The notes under the pieces: model-generated
The model's database searches: none
The model's input: only the letters and a program-made list of their open reading frames with translations
What the model was told of the DNA's origin: nothing
Assembly (NCBI RefSeq): GCF_036321535.1
Contig: NC_087437.1
Location: 6,138,001 to 6,202,000, forward strand
DNA: 64,000 nucleotides
Direction: 5' to 3'
Origin: Camelus dromedarius
Lineage: Eukaryota
Made by a program: the position numbers and the translations under genes
Part shown: piece after piece, positions 26,001 through 38,000 of the stretch
Position numbering within the stretch: the stretch's first letter is position 1
How the letters are laid out: every line of letters begins with the position of its first letter

Positions 26001-29000
26001 CCCAGCCTCGCTAGCGATCAACCCTTGTCCTGTGTGCACTCCTCCCTTGATGTGACATTTTGAAGCAATCTGAGACATCATTACATCTGTAATACTGCAG
26101 TGTGTATTTCTAGAAGATAAAGACTCTTTAAAAACATAACCATAGTACCACTTTAACACTACAACTGATAAAAATAATTAATTGAATATCTAATGTTCAA
26201 ATTTCCCTATAATTTTTTCAGTTTGCTTAAATCAAGATCCAAGAAGCACCCATGCATTGCAGTTTGTTGATATGTGTCTCTTAAGGCTCTTTCACTCTCC
26301 TCCCTCCCTCCCTCCCTCTCCATCCCTCTCACTGTCTCACAGTGTATTTGGTTCTTCACCCTGTAGGAACTTCCCACATTCTGAATTTTACTTATTGTTC
26401 CTCCATCTTGTTATTTGTCACATTTGTCTTCCTGTTGTATTTCCTCTGTGAACTGGTAGGTACACGTAGAGGCTTCATCAGATTCAGGTTCAACTTTCAA
26501 CAAATTCCTTCACAGGCGGTATGATGGCTTTAGTACACGCTCACAAATCCTTCCGCACTCCTCCCTTACAGGTGGGGGAGCCAAACTTCCCTCCCTCGGA
26601 ATATGCGCTGCCCTCAGGGACGAGCTTCTCACAAAGAGAACACAGCCAGTGATGCTGTGACAGGGCTTCCGTCTGCCTGTCCATCTGGAGGCACCCATGG
26701 AACCCAGACGCCCTGCCGCCAGGGCGTCAAGCAGCTACAAGCGAGGGGAGCCGTGGGAAGGTGTTCTGGCCACAGCTGCAGAAGGTCTCTGCTGAGAGCC
26801 AGCTTCAACAGCCAGACCAGAGAGTGAACGCGCCTTCAGTTGATTCCAGTCCTCAACCTTCCAGCTGGCCTGGCCAACACCACGTGGAACAGAGATGAAC
26901 TGTCCCGCTCAGTTCCACACAAGTTGTAGATTAACCAATTAGTTCTGTTGCTGCTTTAAGCTTTGGGGTAGTTTACAGTGCAGCAGTAGATGACTGGTAC
27001 AGTTGGTGCTGTGTGCTTCCATCAGGAGGCATACATTTTTAGCTTATCTCTCTTTTTATGATGATCGATGATCACTGCCTAGATGTACTAATTCATTAGA
27101 GGTTGTCAAATGGTGAGATTATGACTATCATTTTTTTCTTTCATTATTATCTAAAATACATAAGGAAAAATTTATTCTCGTTGATTTTTAGTTATCCTGA
27201 AGTACACATCACTATAATTTTGAAAACTATTGTTGACTTCTATTACATTTGTCCATGGATATTTGTGGACATCGAAGATCTATGAACGACAAGTGGCACT
27301 AATTCTGTCACAAACGTAGTCTATGTCAACCAGACTCCACTCTTTGCCTTTTGGATATCTCCTCCTGTGACTGCAGTGTATGGAATGAATCAGGAATTGA
27401 GGACGGAGGGCACCTAAACACCAGCTCTGGAGCCCCAGGAACCGGGAAGCCAGGTACCTGAGGGGAGTTAGCTAGAAAGGCATCCAACAGACCCGTGGTC
27501 TGTCACAATACAGACAGACAGTAAAGGGACGCTAGGCAAATATCCGGGCTGTCTAAAATGAAGAGCTCCTCAGACAACAGAGAGATAAAAAGAACATTTC
27601 CTCAGCAAGAAAAGGGTTAAGAAAAGAGTGAAATGACAAAGGGCTTTGTCGCGGCATTATAGTACATAATTAGGTAATTACAAGTATTAAAACAGACAAA
27701 GCACTGGGCCCAGATGAATTACTGAAGATGCAAGCATTCAATAAGATGCCCCAAGGGAAAACGTGAAGCCCTTGGTGAAGGTTTATACTCGCGCAGCAGG
27801 ACAGAGAAGCACAGGAGGACTTGCAGGGCCAACAACTGATGCACGTCCATCCTTCACAAACAGAATTCCAAAACAAGCATTCATCCAAAACTTAAAACAT
27901 GCTGATGGAAAGTCGCTAGAATACTATTAAACACCAAACTAACTATAACACTTTACTCTGGTTTGTTGCTTTATTTTTGAAACAACTGAATAAATCAAGC
28001 AAAGACCAGAGAGGAAGAATTGGACACGGGGTGACAGCTCACCAGACACTCTTGATTCCTGCCTCCCTACTTCGGGGCATGTTTTTCACCCTTCTCCCTA
28101 CTCAGCCCAATCTGCTTACTCTTTTCTCCAGGCACATGGCAGGTTTAACCTCCCAGCTTCCTTTTCAGTTAGCTGTGGCCACATGGGCGCCAGCCCATGG
28201 GCTGAGAGTGGAAGTGATGTGTGACCGTGAAATTCACACACTGTCCGGCACCCCCATCAGGCCCCACCTTCATCTCCCCTTCCGCCTGGACAGAACGGAG
28301 CAGGTCGTCTGGGAAACCTGGGGAGCTGCATATGGATTGCGGGGCTTTTGAAAATAAATCTGCAAATTCTTTAACACATCTCCTTTCTCTCTTGGACTGT
28401 CTGCTTTGGGGGAAGAATCTTCTGGAGAGAAGACATTTAGGCAGTCCCAAGGAGAGACTCATAAGGAGAGGGGCCAGCATGGACACCCCAGCCCTAGCCA
28501 GGCCTCCACACGACGATACGCGGCAACTATGAAATACATGGTAACTGTTCCCGGTCATGACTTCTGGTTGATCTGTTATGTAGTAATAGATAACAAACAC
28601 AGATGTTGATACCTGAAACTGGGTTGTTGCTAAAAAACAATAAAGCATGTGGTAGAGGTGCCTGTGGGACTGGACAGAACTGGGAGGGCCTTGCTTAGAG
28701 CCTCAGTGACAGACTAAAGGGTACGGAAGAGACGCTTAGCAAGACAGCCCATGAGGCTGCCAGTGAGGGTGGAAATCAAAGTGTGGAAGGCATCGTAAGG
28801 AAAATGGAATGAAGAGGTTCCCTGTTCTATAGCGGCAACGCGGCAGCCTCTAGTTGTTTGGAAAGGAGGAAAGGTACCTGATAAACTGGGTGATGCAGCC
28901 AAGGAGTCGGCCTTGCTGTGCTGAGGGCGCTGCCTGGTCTCACTCGTTACTCATCGTAGAAAGAAAGGCGCAAAGCAGAAGGAAGAACCGCTCAGCACGA

Positions 29001-32000
29001 AGATGCTGGGACTCACTGGGCTTGAAAAGACATCTTTCCCTCCTCCTCTCCAGACAACAAACGAAGCATTAAGACACCACTTCCCGGCAAAGACCAAGTA
29101 GAAGAGTCGGTCAGAGAAACAAGGTCTAAAGATGAAACCAAGGGTGCAAGTGTGAAACTCTTTGTTAAGACCTCGTAAAGCGCTAAAGCTGTCCTCAGAG
29201 AACTCTCCTGTCAGATAAGGTGCCCGACGCCCTGGAAAGGTTTACAAGGCATGCCTCACAGAGCCCGCAGCAGCCAGGTCAGGGCCGCTGCTCAACACCC
29301 CCCACTGCATACGACAGCTCTCACAACAAGAATCAACTGCCCCCAAACTCCCAAGGCGGAGGGGCTACACACTAGAGCATATGAGCCCAGCGGGGGGAGC
29401 AGAAATAGTACTGATATGTACTTCATCTCCACTGCCTTCTGAACAGGACTTGAGGTGATGCACTCATGTTTCCAGCTCCTGATTGCTTCACAGAGTGCTC
29501 TGCATACAGAAGGTGCTCGATAAATGCTTCTTGAATGGAAAACGTGTTACATTCAGGCAAGTAAGACTAACGCAAATTATAATAGGCCAGTGGAAAGACC
29601 TGGAGTCCCACGTCTCATTTCCACTCCGGCCATCCACTAGTTATATTTTCTTAAGTCATTCTTTCTGAGCTTCAATTGTATCCGTTTGCAAAATTAAAGG
29701 ATTTCAGTAGGTGACTACCAATGACACAAATGCCTACTATGGGTGCCAGGTACCAGGGAACATGAGAATATAAAACATAAAAATTAAATACTTAAGAAAA
29801 TCTAAGTGAGAAAAGAGACATTTTACAGATTTTTAAAAAGGAAAGTAACTGGAGCAACTGCAGGACCTACAAAAGAACAGAAGAGGCACTCCAGTCTTTA
29901 TCAGGACCCTCAACCTCTAGAATTGTAGTTGGTACAAAGTAATTTCTCAAGTAGTATTTGTTGAATGAATTAATAAATATACAAACCTGCAAACCAATCA
30001 ACCAATGAAAAATGAAAATGAAATCCTGAACTCAGAGACTGGAGGTGAGAAGGCCAAGTGTAAGAAAGGGCAGACCACAGTTCAGCTACCTTTGTTGTTG
30101 GCAGTCAGTGAAGGTAAGAGCAACACAGAGCTGTGAGAGGCTCCACGATGGAGGCGGACACTGATTTTAAAAAGGCAAAGAAAAGAAGGTGGGAATCTGT
30201 TGTCATGGCAAGGGGTGGGATCCAGCCCAAGAGGAGAGCAGAAAAATCCCCGCGAGTCTATCAGGGAAGGTGAGTGTGTGAACTCACCATGGGTGAGACG
30301 ACCCGCAGAAGGGGCAGCGTGACAGGAAACACCAGGCGGTGCAGAGGGGGAACAGGCGGGTGGCGCTGGCCTCTCAGGAGGTGGCATCTGTCACCATCTA
30401 GAGGTTTTCATCAAAGCTTCTTTCTAGCTCTCTGATGCTCTGAGTTACACAGCAAGTCCTCTACGCCACTGCCCCTCTGTCTCATAAAAAAAAAAAAAAA
30501 CAACCCAAAAAACGTTCTACTGGTACTATAAATGTGAAAAATTAAGAAATAAAATATAGGTAGATAGAAACATGCACTTTAAGTTTGAGACTTTGTCACA
30601 CTGAAAATAGAGGCTTTATTTTGTGGTTTTTCAACAATTAAGAAAAAATTTAAAGTGATTTAGAGCATTTACCCTTCAAGTACTAAAGTAGCTTCAGTCC
30701 CAAATCTGTGTGCAGGTTCTGGAAATACTGTTACACGACTGCACAGGCCCTGCCTGCTAGGAATAGTCCAGGATGAGGGATTACTTTACCACCCGGCAGA
30801 CTTGACTGTGTGACCTGCTCTCAATCAATGTGTGAATGCACAACTATAAACAGTGCTAAAAAAAAAAGTGGCTTTATTTATTTATTTATTTTGAAAAATT
30901 GAAGTACAGTCAGTTACAATGTTGTCTGGTGTACAGCACAACGTCCCAGTCATGCATATACATATGTACATCCATTTTCATATTTTTTTCATTAAAGGTT
31001 ATTACAAGATATTGAACACAGTTCCCTGTTCTCTACAGAAGAAATCTGTCATTATTTTTAAAATCTATTTTTATATACAGTGGCTAACATTTGCAAATCT
31101 CAAACTCCCAAATTTATAACAAGGAGGCTCTCACGAGAGCAGATGCCTCAGGTCAGCAGCTCAGGGTGATGTGAGGGCCCCGCTGCCCCAGCTCCGAAGC
31201 CTGGGGCGCCCGGACACTAATCCAGGCACCACGGCTGAGGCAAGCACACCTATATTTTCACTCACATACTCCGAAATTGTTTTTCAAGTTTAAAAATATC
31301 CCATAAATTGGAACAAATGTGTGGTAAGGATTTGTAGCTTCAATGGAACAGAAATGAGAAAAACACATGTTAAAAACATGAGCAGTACTGGAAAATACGT
31401 ATTTCTAAATAAATATATATACACAACCATAATAACCAAATATTTTGTTTCTACTCTAAATGTTATCAAATGAGGAAGGACTACAGGCCGTCTGACAGCA
31501 CTGCTCCCTGTGTTCCTAAGGATCTGTGTCTCCTCTCTTTAATATTTAAGAGACACACGCCCAGGTTGCCGACAGATCCTAGAGAGCGGCTTGTGTTGTC
31601 CTTGTCGCCTTCTCGGCTGTGAAGACGTGCATATGCGAGGGCTGGCCGCGCGCGCACAAGCGTGTACTCTGCCTGCGTGAAATAAAATCACAACACAGCA
31701 CCAAGCACAGCCACTCGCTCGTGTGTGCCTGCAGTCCACCTCGAGGAGACTGAAAATATAAATACAAGCTGCTATTTTGGTGTGATCACACGAACATGGC
31801 AGCTTGTGTGTTGTTTTTTCCTTTTAACATTTTAACACTGGGCAGATTGTCTGCATTAACACACACCAAAATCAATTCTGCTCCGAAACTGCTTGTAAGA
31901 TCTTCTTTCCCTGAGGAATTCGGTTTTTATTTAAGTAAAAAATGGGCTTGGAGGAAACTGTATAAAAAGATATCAACATTTAGGATATCTTCACTCTGTG

Positions 32001-35000
32001 AGTGTGACAGTCAATGTTGGACCAGGGTACTGGTGGTGTTTCTCCCAAAATGGGAACAGGGGAGAAGATGAACTTTAAATAAGAAAGAAAAAAACCAACA
32101 AGTTAACCTATAAAATCACTTTTGTATATCATTACTATAGAAAACATTGTCAAAGTGTTCTGATTTCAAGCTGCCCACTACAATGTAGCGTAAGAACTAA
32201 ATTTGACCCAAAAAAATCAGATATATACTATAAAACTTCATGGAGGTTTCTTAGGGAGACAGAAAGGAAATAAAAGTAAATTTTTAGCATAGGCCATATC
32301 TAAAAGTTCACTATGAATAAAAAATAAAATGCAGACATTCCTATCACATACTATACAAAAATATAACAATGAAATTATTTACACAGCACCAACTGTCCAA
32401 CAGAACTTCCTATGATGCTAGAAATGCTCTGCATCTGTGCTTTCCTATATAGTAGCCATTAGCACTTGAGATGCAGCTTATGAAGACTTATTTTATTTTA
32501 TTTAATCTAAATTAATTTAAATTTAAATAGCCGCATGTGCCTGGTGGCTACCAAACTGGACAGCACATACCTACAGTTTTAAAGAGAAAATTCTGGCAGT
32601 TATTAATGACTCCAAAAAATATCAAATGATAAGATAAAAAAATCAGGGGAACAAAGTTTGCTTAAACAGATTACCTCTAAAGCTTGGCCCACAGGGGAAC
32701 AATAAAAAAAGGAAGCATCCGATGAAAAAGTTGGATCTTTAAAGATCTAACCAAATCACGGAGAATGGAATTAACTGATGAGTGAGCTTCCTGGAGTGCT
32801 GCCCGCGATAATCCTACAGTCACCAGAAACATGAAAGACCAGAAACTGAAGACAACAACCAGCATACCCAGTAGGCAGTCAGGTCTACTTTTAAATACAC
32901 TCACAGCGACAATGATAAAAGTAAGTGAAAGAATTTTAATCATCTGATTCAAGAGAGGGGAGAACGCATTTGAAGAAAAGATGATGCTCTTTGGCAATAG
33001 GTTATAAATATGTTAATTTGCAAATGATATTACAGACGCTATAAATACACTTTTAGAATAGACCTTGATAGACCAAATAACAGACTTCTTTGGTATCTAA
33101 TATAGAAATGATATTTTATTCTGAACTCCGCATCTCCCATCATTTAAAATAATACTGACTTTCACTAAATGTCACAGTCTTTGAAGCAGGGCAAAGTCGG
33201 TGCAGAAGGGACGATTCACCCTCTGAATTAGAAATGCTGTAAACTGGATGCTTCCTGATTTACCTTTGATTATCCATTTTTGGTGTTTTTTTTTCTGGTA
33301 ATAAAAATGAGAACCGTAACAACCTCATTAGGTTGAGATCAGGAACAATTAATTGAAACGAATACAAAACCCTTTGAGGCAAAAAATGGTTAGCAGAATA
33401 AAAGGATATTAAAATTAGTTGAAATAGGAGATAATATTTAATACAGATCAAATAAATTCGATGATGATGGCAACAGATTATGAGATGAAATTATCTTGTT
33501 TAAACTCAGGCTAGGAGGCTGACAATAATATTTTTCATGTGCTGATGTCTCTGAAGATTCAAAGTGTGAGAGACTGCTATTACTGAAAGTGAACAATACT
33601 GACCAGCAGTGATAAGAGTCACCATTGGTGAGCATTTATTAAGCATCACCTGGACTCTGCAGTGAGACAAAAACAAGGTTGGGTCCCTGCCCGCCACGGG
33701 CTGACCATCAGGTCTGAAAGATGAGACCTGGGCTCACACCAGAGCTCCTGGAAGTACTCGATCACAGAGCCATTATCTTCCACTGTAACTTTTTTTGCCC
33801 GCTTTCTTTATTAAACTCTGAGCTTCTTCAGGGCCCACATCATATTTATCTTACCATCTGCAGTGACAAGGAAATTAATATAAATGTACTGACTACACTG
33901 GCAGACTGAACACACTTGGTAGGTCTAAATAAATGTAAGACCAAACAAACTTAAGTAATACCATCAGAAAGTTATTAAGAAAATGCCCCTGGAACATGGC
34001 ATAGACACATATTTCCAATTGTAAAGACTGGAACATGCTTCCTCAACAGAGTGGTGATAAACTCAGCCTTGAAGGGGGAGCTATCAGGAATTCGACACGC
34101 GGCAACAGGGGAAGCCGCATTCCAGAAGAGGAGAGGTCTGACAGCAAACTGGGGAAGGACTTCAGGCTGCTGGTTCTGCATATAAACAGCTGGAACGTCA
34201 CTACTCCAGCTTAAGTAAAAAGCAGAGCAGACTGAAGAATCAAATCCTCTTCTTGGGCCCGTAAGAGAAGGGAGGACACAGACAAACTGCTGCCCCCAAG
34301 ACAGGAGAGGCAGACAGGCAAGTACAGGGAGTGACAATCCAGCAGAGAGAAGACTAACTAGCAAAACCGCTGGCAGAGCCAGTGCAGTGGAAAGAGAACT
34401 GGAACTGGAATGGACAGACTGCTGGAAGCTCACTGGACAACTGAGAGGTACACACTCCAGGGAAGCCCAGTCACACGGAGGCCCCCAATATTATGAGACT
34501 GACTTCCAGGAGCTCAACCAGGTCCCCACAGTAAATATCAGAGAAAAATCCCCTCATCTTCTTCGTAGCAAGGCCTGCCTGCAGGGAAAGCTAGTTAGCC
34601 AGAGCCTAACCTGCTGGGATACTGTCAGACCCAAGTGACCTGGGTGAAGGGAAATCTCAACTCCAACCTACTCTTGCTGGCCTGTCCCATCTAAGTGGGG
34701 GAGGGAGATGTGAGAGACACTTGTGAAGGGCACAGTCCAGAGGCACAGGCTCGCTGAAACACTGACCCTATGTCTAAAGAACACTTCTCTCCTTATCACC
34801 ATGTCACCAATGGCCTGTTTACTGCAGTTTCTTTTAACCAGTACATCCTGTCTGGCTATCATAAAAACAAACAGACAAAACACCCAAAACAACAACAAAA
34901 ATCACAAGGCATACCAAAAGGCAAAAAGAACAATTTGAAGAGACAGAGCAAGCATCAGAACGAAAGAAGGCAAAGATGTTGAAATTATGAAATCAGGAAT

Positions 35001-38000
35001 TTAAAACCACTATGATTAATATGCTAAAGGCGCTAATGGATAAAGCAGACAGCACATAAGAACAGATGGGCAATGTAGGCAAAAGATGGAAATCCTAAGA
35101 AAGAAACAAAAAGAAATTTTAGAGATAAAAAATACTGTAACAGAAATGAAGAATACCTTTGATGGGCTTATTAGCAGACTGGACAGCTAAGGAAAGAATC
35201 TGAGCTAAAGGACAGAGTGATAGGATCCTTGAAAACTAAAAAACAAAGAGAACGAAGCCTGAAAAAAACAGACCAAAAATCCAAGAACTACGGACAACTA
35301 CAAAAGGTATAAATAACATGCATATACTGGGAATATCAGAAGGGGAAGAAAGAAAGGAACAGGCAAAATATCTGGAACAATAATGATGGAGAAATTATCC
35401 AAATTAATGTCAGTCACCAAACCACAGAACTGTTAAGCTCAGAGAACCAAGCAGGATAAACGAGCAAAGAACCACATCTAGGCATACCATTTCCAAACTG
35501 CAGAAAATCAAAGATGAAGTCCTTAAAGGAGAAAAAAAAAACAACTTACCTATATAAGAACAAAGGTAAGAATTACATCAAACTTATCCTCAGAAACCAT
35601 GCAAAACAGAAGAGTGTGAAGTGAAACATTTAAAGTGTTGAGAGGGAAAAACTCACCAACCTAGAATTCTGTACCCTGCAAAATTATCCATCAAAAGTGA
35701 AGGAAAAATAGAGACATTCTCAGACAAGCAAAAATTGAGAGTTTGTCTGTAGGCTTGCCTCCTAAAAAATTACTTAAAAAGTTCTTTAGAGAAAAGGAAA
35801 ATAATTTTTGACCCTGATCTACATAAAGAAAGGCATAAGAAGGAATAAAAATGAAATAAAACCTTTTATTTTTCTTACTCTTAACTTATACAACAGATAA
35901 TGATTTGTTTACAATAATAATACCAACAATGTATTCAACCAATGCTTACGCGTGTGTAAATATACATACATACATGTGTATTTATATGCTTATGTGTAAA
36001 TGAAACGAATGACAGAAATGATACACGGGACCCCAGGGAGGAATCAGAACTACTTTTGTTATTTATTATAAGGTACTGACACTACCTGTGAAGCAGTATA
36101 GTGTTATTTGAAAGTGGAATTGCTAAAATGTATATTGTAAAATCTAGGGTAAATTTAAAAAAAAATAAAAGAAGTATAACCAATATTCTGAGAAAGGAGA
36201 GAAAATGGAATGATCTAAAATGCCTAATTATAAGTATAAAAGGCAGAAAAAGAGTGGAAGACAAAAATAAGAACAAAGAACAAGGGTAACAGAAAACAGT
36301 GACAAATAAGACCGATAATAATCCAACTGTGTCAATAATCATTTTGAGCACCAGTGCAGATCACCTAAATGCACCAGTGAAAAGACAGACATTGTCAGAG
36401 TGGATCAACAAACAAGACCCAACTGTATGTTGCCTACAAGAAACCCACTTTAAATATAGACACATGTAGATTGAAAGTGAAGAGATAGAGAACAGTATAC
36501 CATGTTAACACGCATGCACCTAACAACAGAGCATCACACTATGTGAGGCAAAACCCAGTGAAACTGCAGAGAAACAAAAGAATCCACTATCATGGCTGGC
36601 AATTCAACACCCCTCTAGCAGAAACGGACAGACTGGGCAGGCAGATAATCAGAAGGACATGGCTGCACTCCACACCATCAACCATCAGCTGGCTGTAACT
36701 GACAGCCATGGACTACTTCACTCAACAGCAGCAGGTTAAATGGGCCCCAGCTCACGGGAACACAGAGAGATAGCCCATTCTGGACCATAAAACACACCTT
36801 AACAAATCCGAAAGAACAGAAATCACACAATGTCTGCTCTCAGACCACAAGAAATGAAACCTGAAATCAGTAACAGCAAGGTAAGTGGGGAGCCCTAACA
36901 GGGAGCTCTGTGTGTTAGGGAGTCTGGGCAAGGACAGCCTCTGCAAAACCAGTCACAGGAGGTCTGCGATCAGGCAAGAAGCACGATGAGAAACGTGCTT
37001 TGCGGAAACAGGGCGATAACACACGGATTGGACTGGAAGAGAGTGAACAGATCCAAAGAAAACAATTAAACAAGTAAGCAACTCTAGGTAAGAGGTAAAG
37101 AGGACTTGAAACAGCAGTAAAAATGGAAGAGAACTGATGAATGTGAGAAAGCTACAAATAACGATCCCCTATTTTTAAAAAACTGAAGTACAGTCAGTTA
37201 CGATGTGTCAATTTCTGGTGTACAGACCCAGTCACGCATATACATACATATGATCCTTTTCATAGTCTTTTTCATTAGCGGTTATTACAAGATATTGAAT
37301 ATAGTTCCCTGCACTATACAGAGGAAATTTGATTTTTATCTATTTTTACATATAGTGGTTAACAGTTGCAAATCTCAAACTCATAAAAAATTTATGTCCT
37401 CAACTCATCTGCTCCCATCCGTCCTGTCCCAGTCACTAACACTCCTGAACCTGGAGCACAGAGACAGACGCCAAGGTGCTCTTCCAGCTGCCGTCCTCAC
37501 TTCCGCCTTCACCCCAGCACATCTCTTCTTAGGTGTCACACTCAGTATCCCCCAGTGGCTCCCCACTGCAGCGGGAACAAATCCACCCTCCTCACGATGG
37601 TCCGCCGGGCTGCCTGTCCAGCACACGCTTCTTCAGGTTTCTCCACTGAAATCACCTGCTTTCCTCTTGTTCCTCTAAATACTGAGCTCGTTTTCACTGT
37701 GGACATGGCACCAGCTGTCCCCTCGGCCTGGAACGTTCTTCCCCTACCTCTTCACGTGGGCTTTTATAATTTTTCACATCTCAGCTCAATTGTCACCTTC
37801 TGAGAGATGCCGTTTCTGGCCACCGCTCCTCCGGCAGCCACCCTCTAGCTGTCCTATTACCCTGCTCTACTCCTTCACGGCAGTCAGCACCCTCTTTATC
37901 TCCACGTGCTTCCTATCTCCCTCTCCCACTGCTCGGCCACTAAATGTACACCCTGGGAGAGCAGGGCCTTGTCTGTCCTACCCATCACTCAGTTCTCCAA

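Noticed and set aside
28169..28648. 159-aa ORF and overlapping ORFs
   Set aside because: They lie entirely within a MaLR LTR/internal remnant.
33975..36351. Several ORFs that could suggest a coding L1
   Set aside because: The L1 is old, frameshifted and truncated; the listed ORFs are mostly antisense or out of frame.
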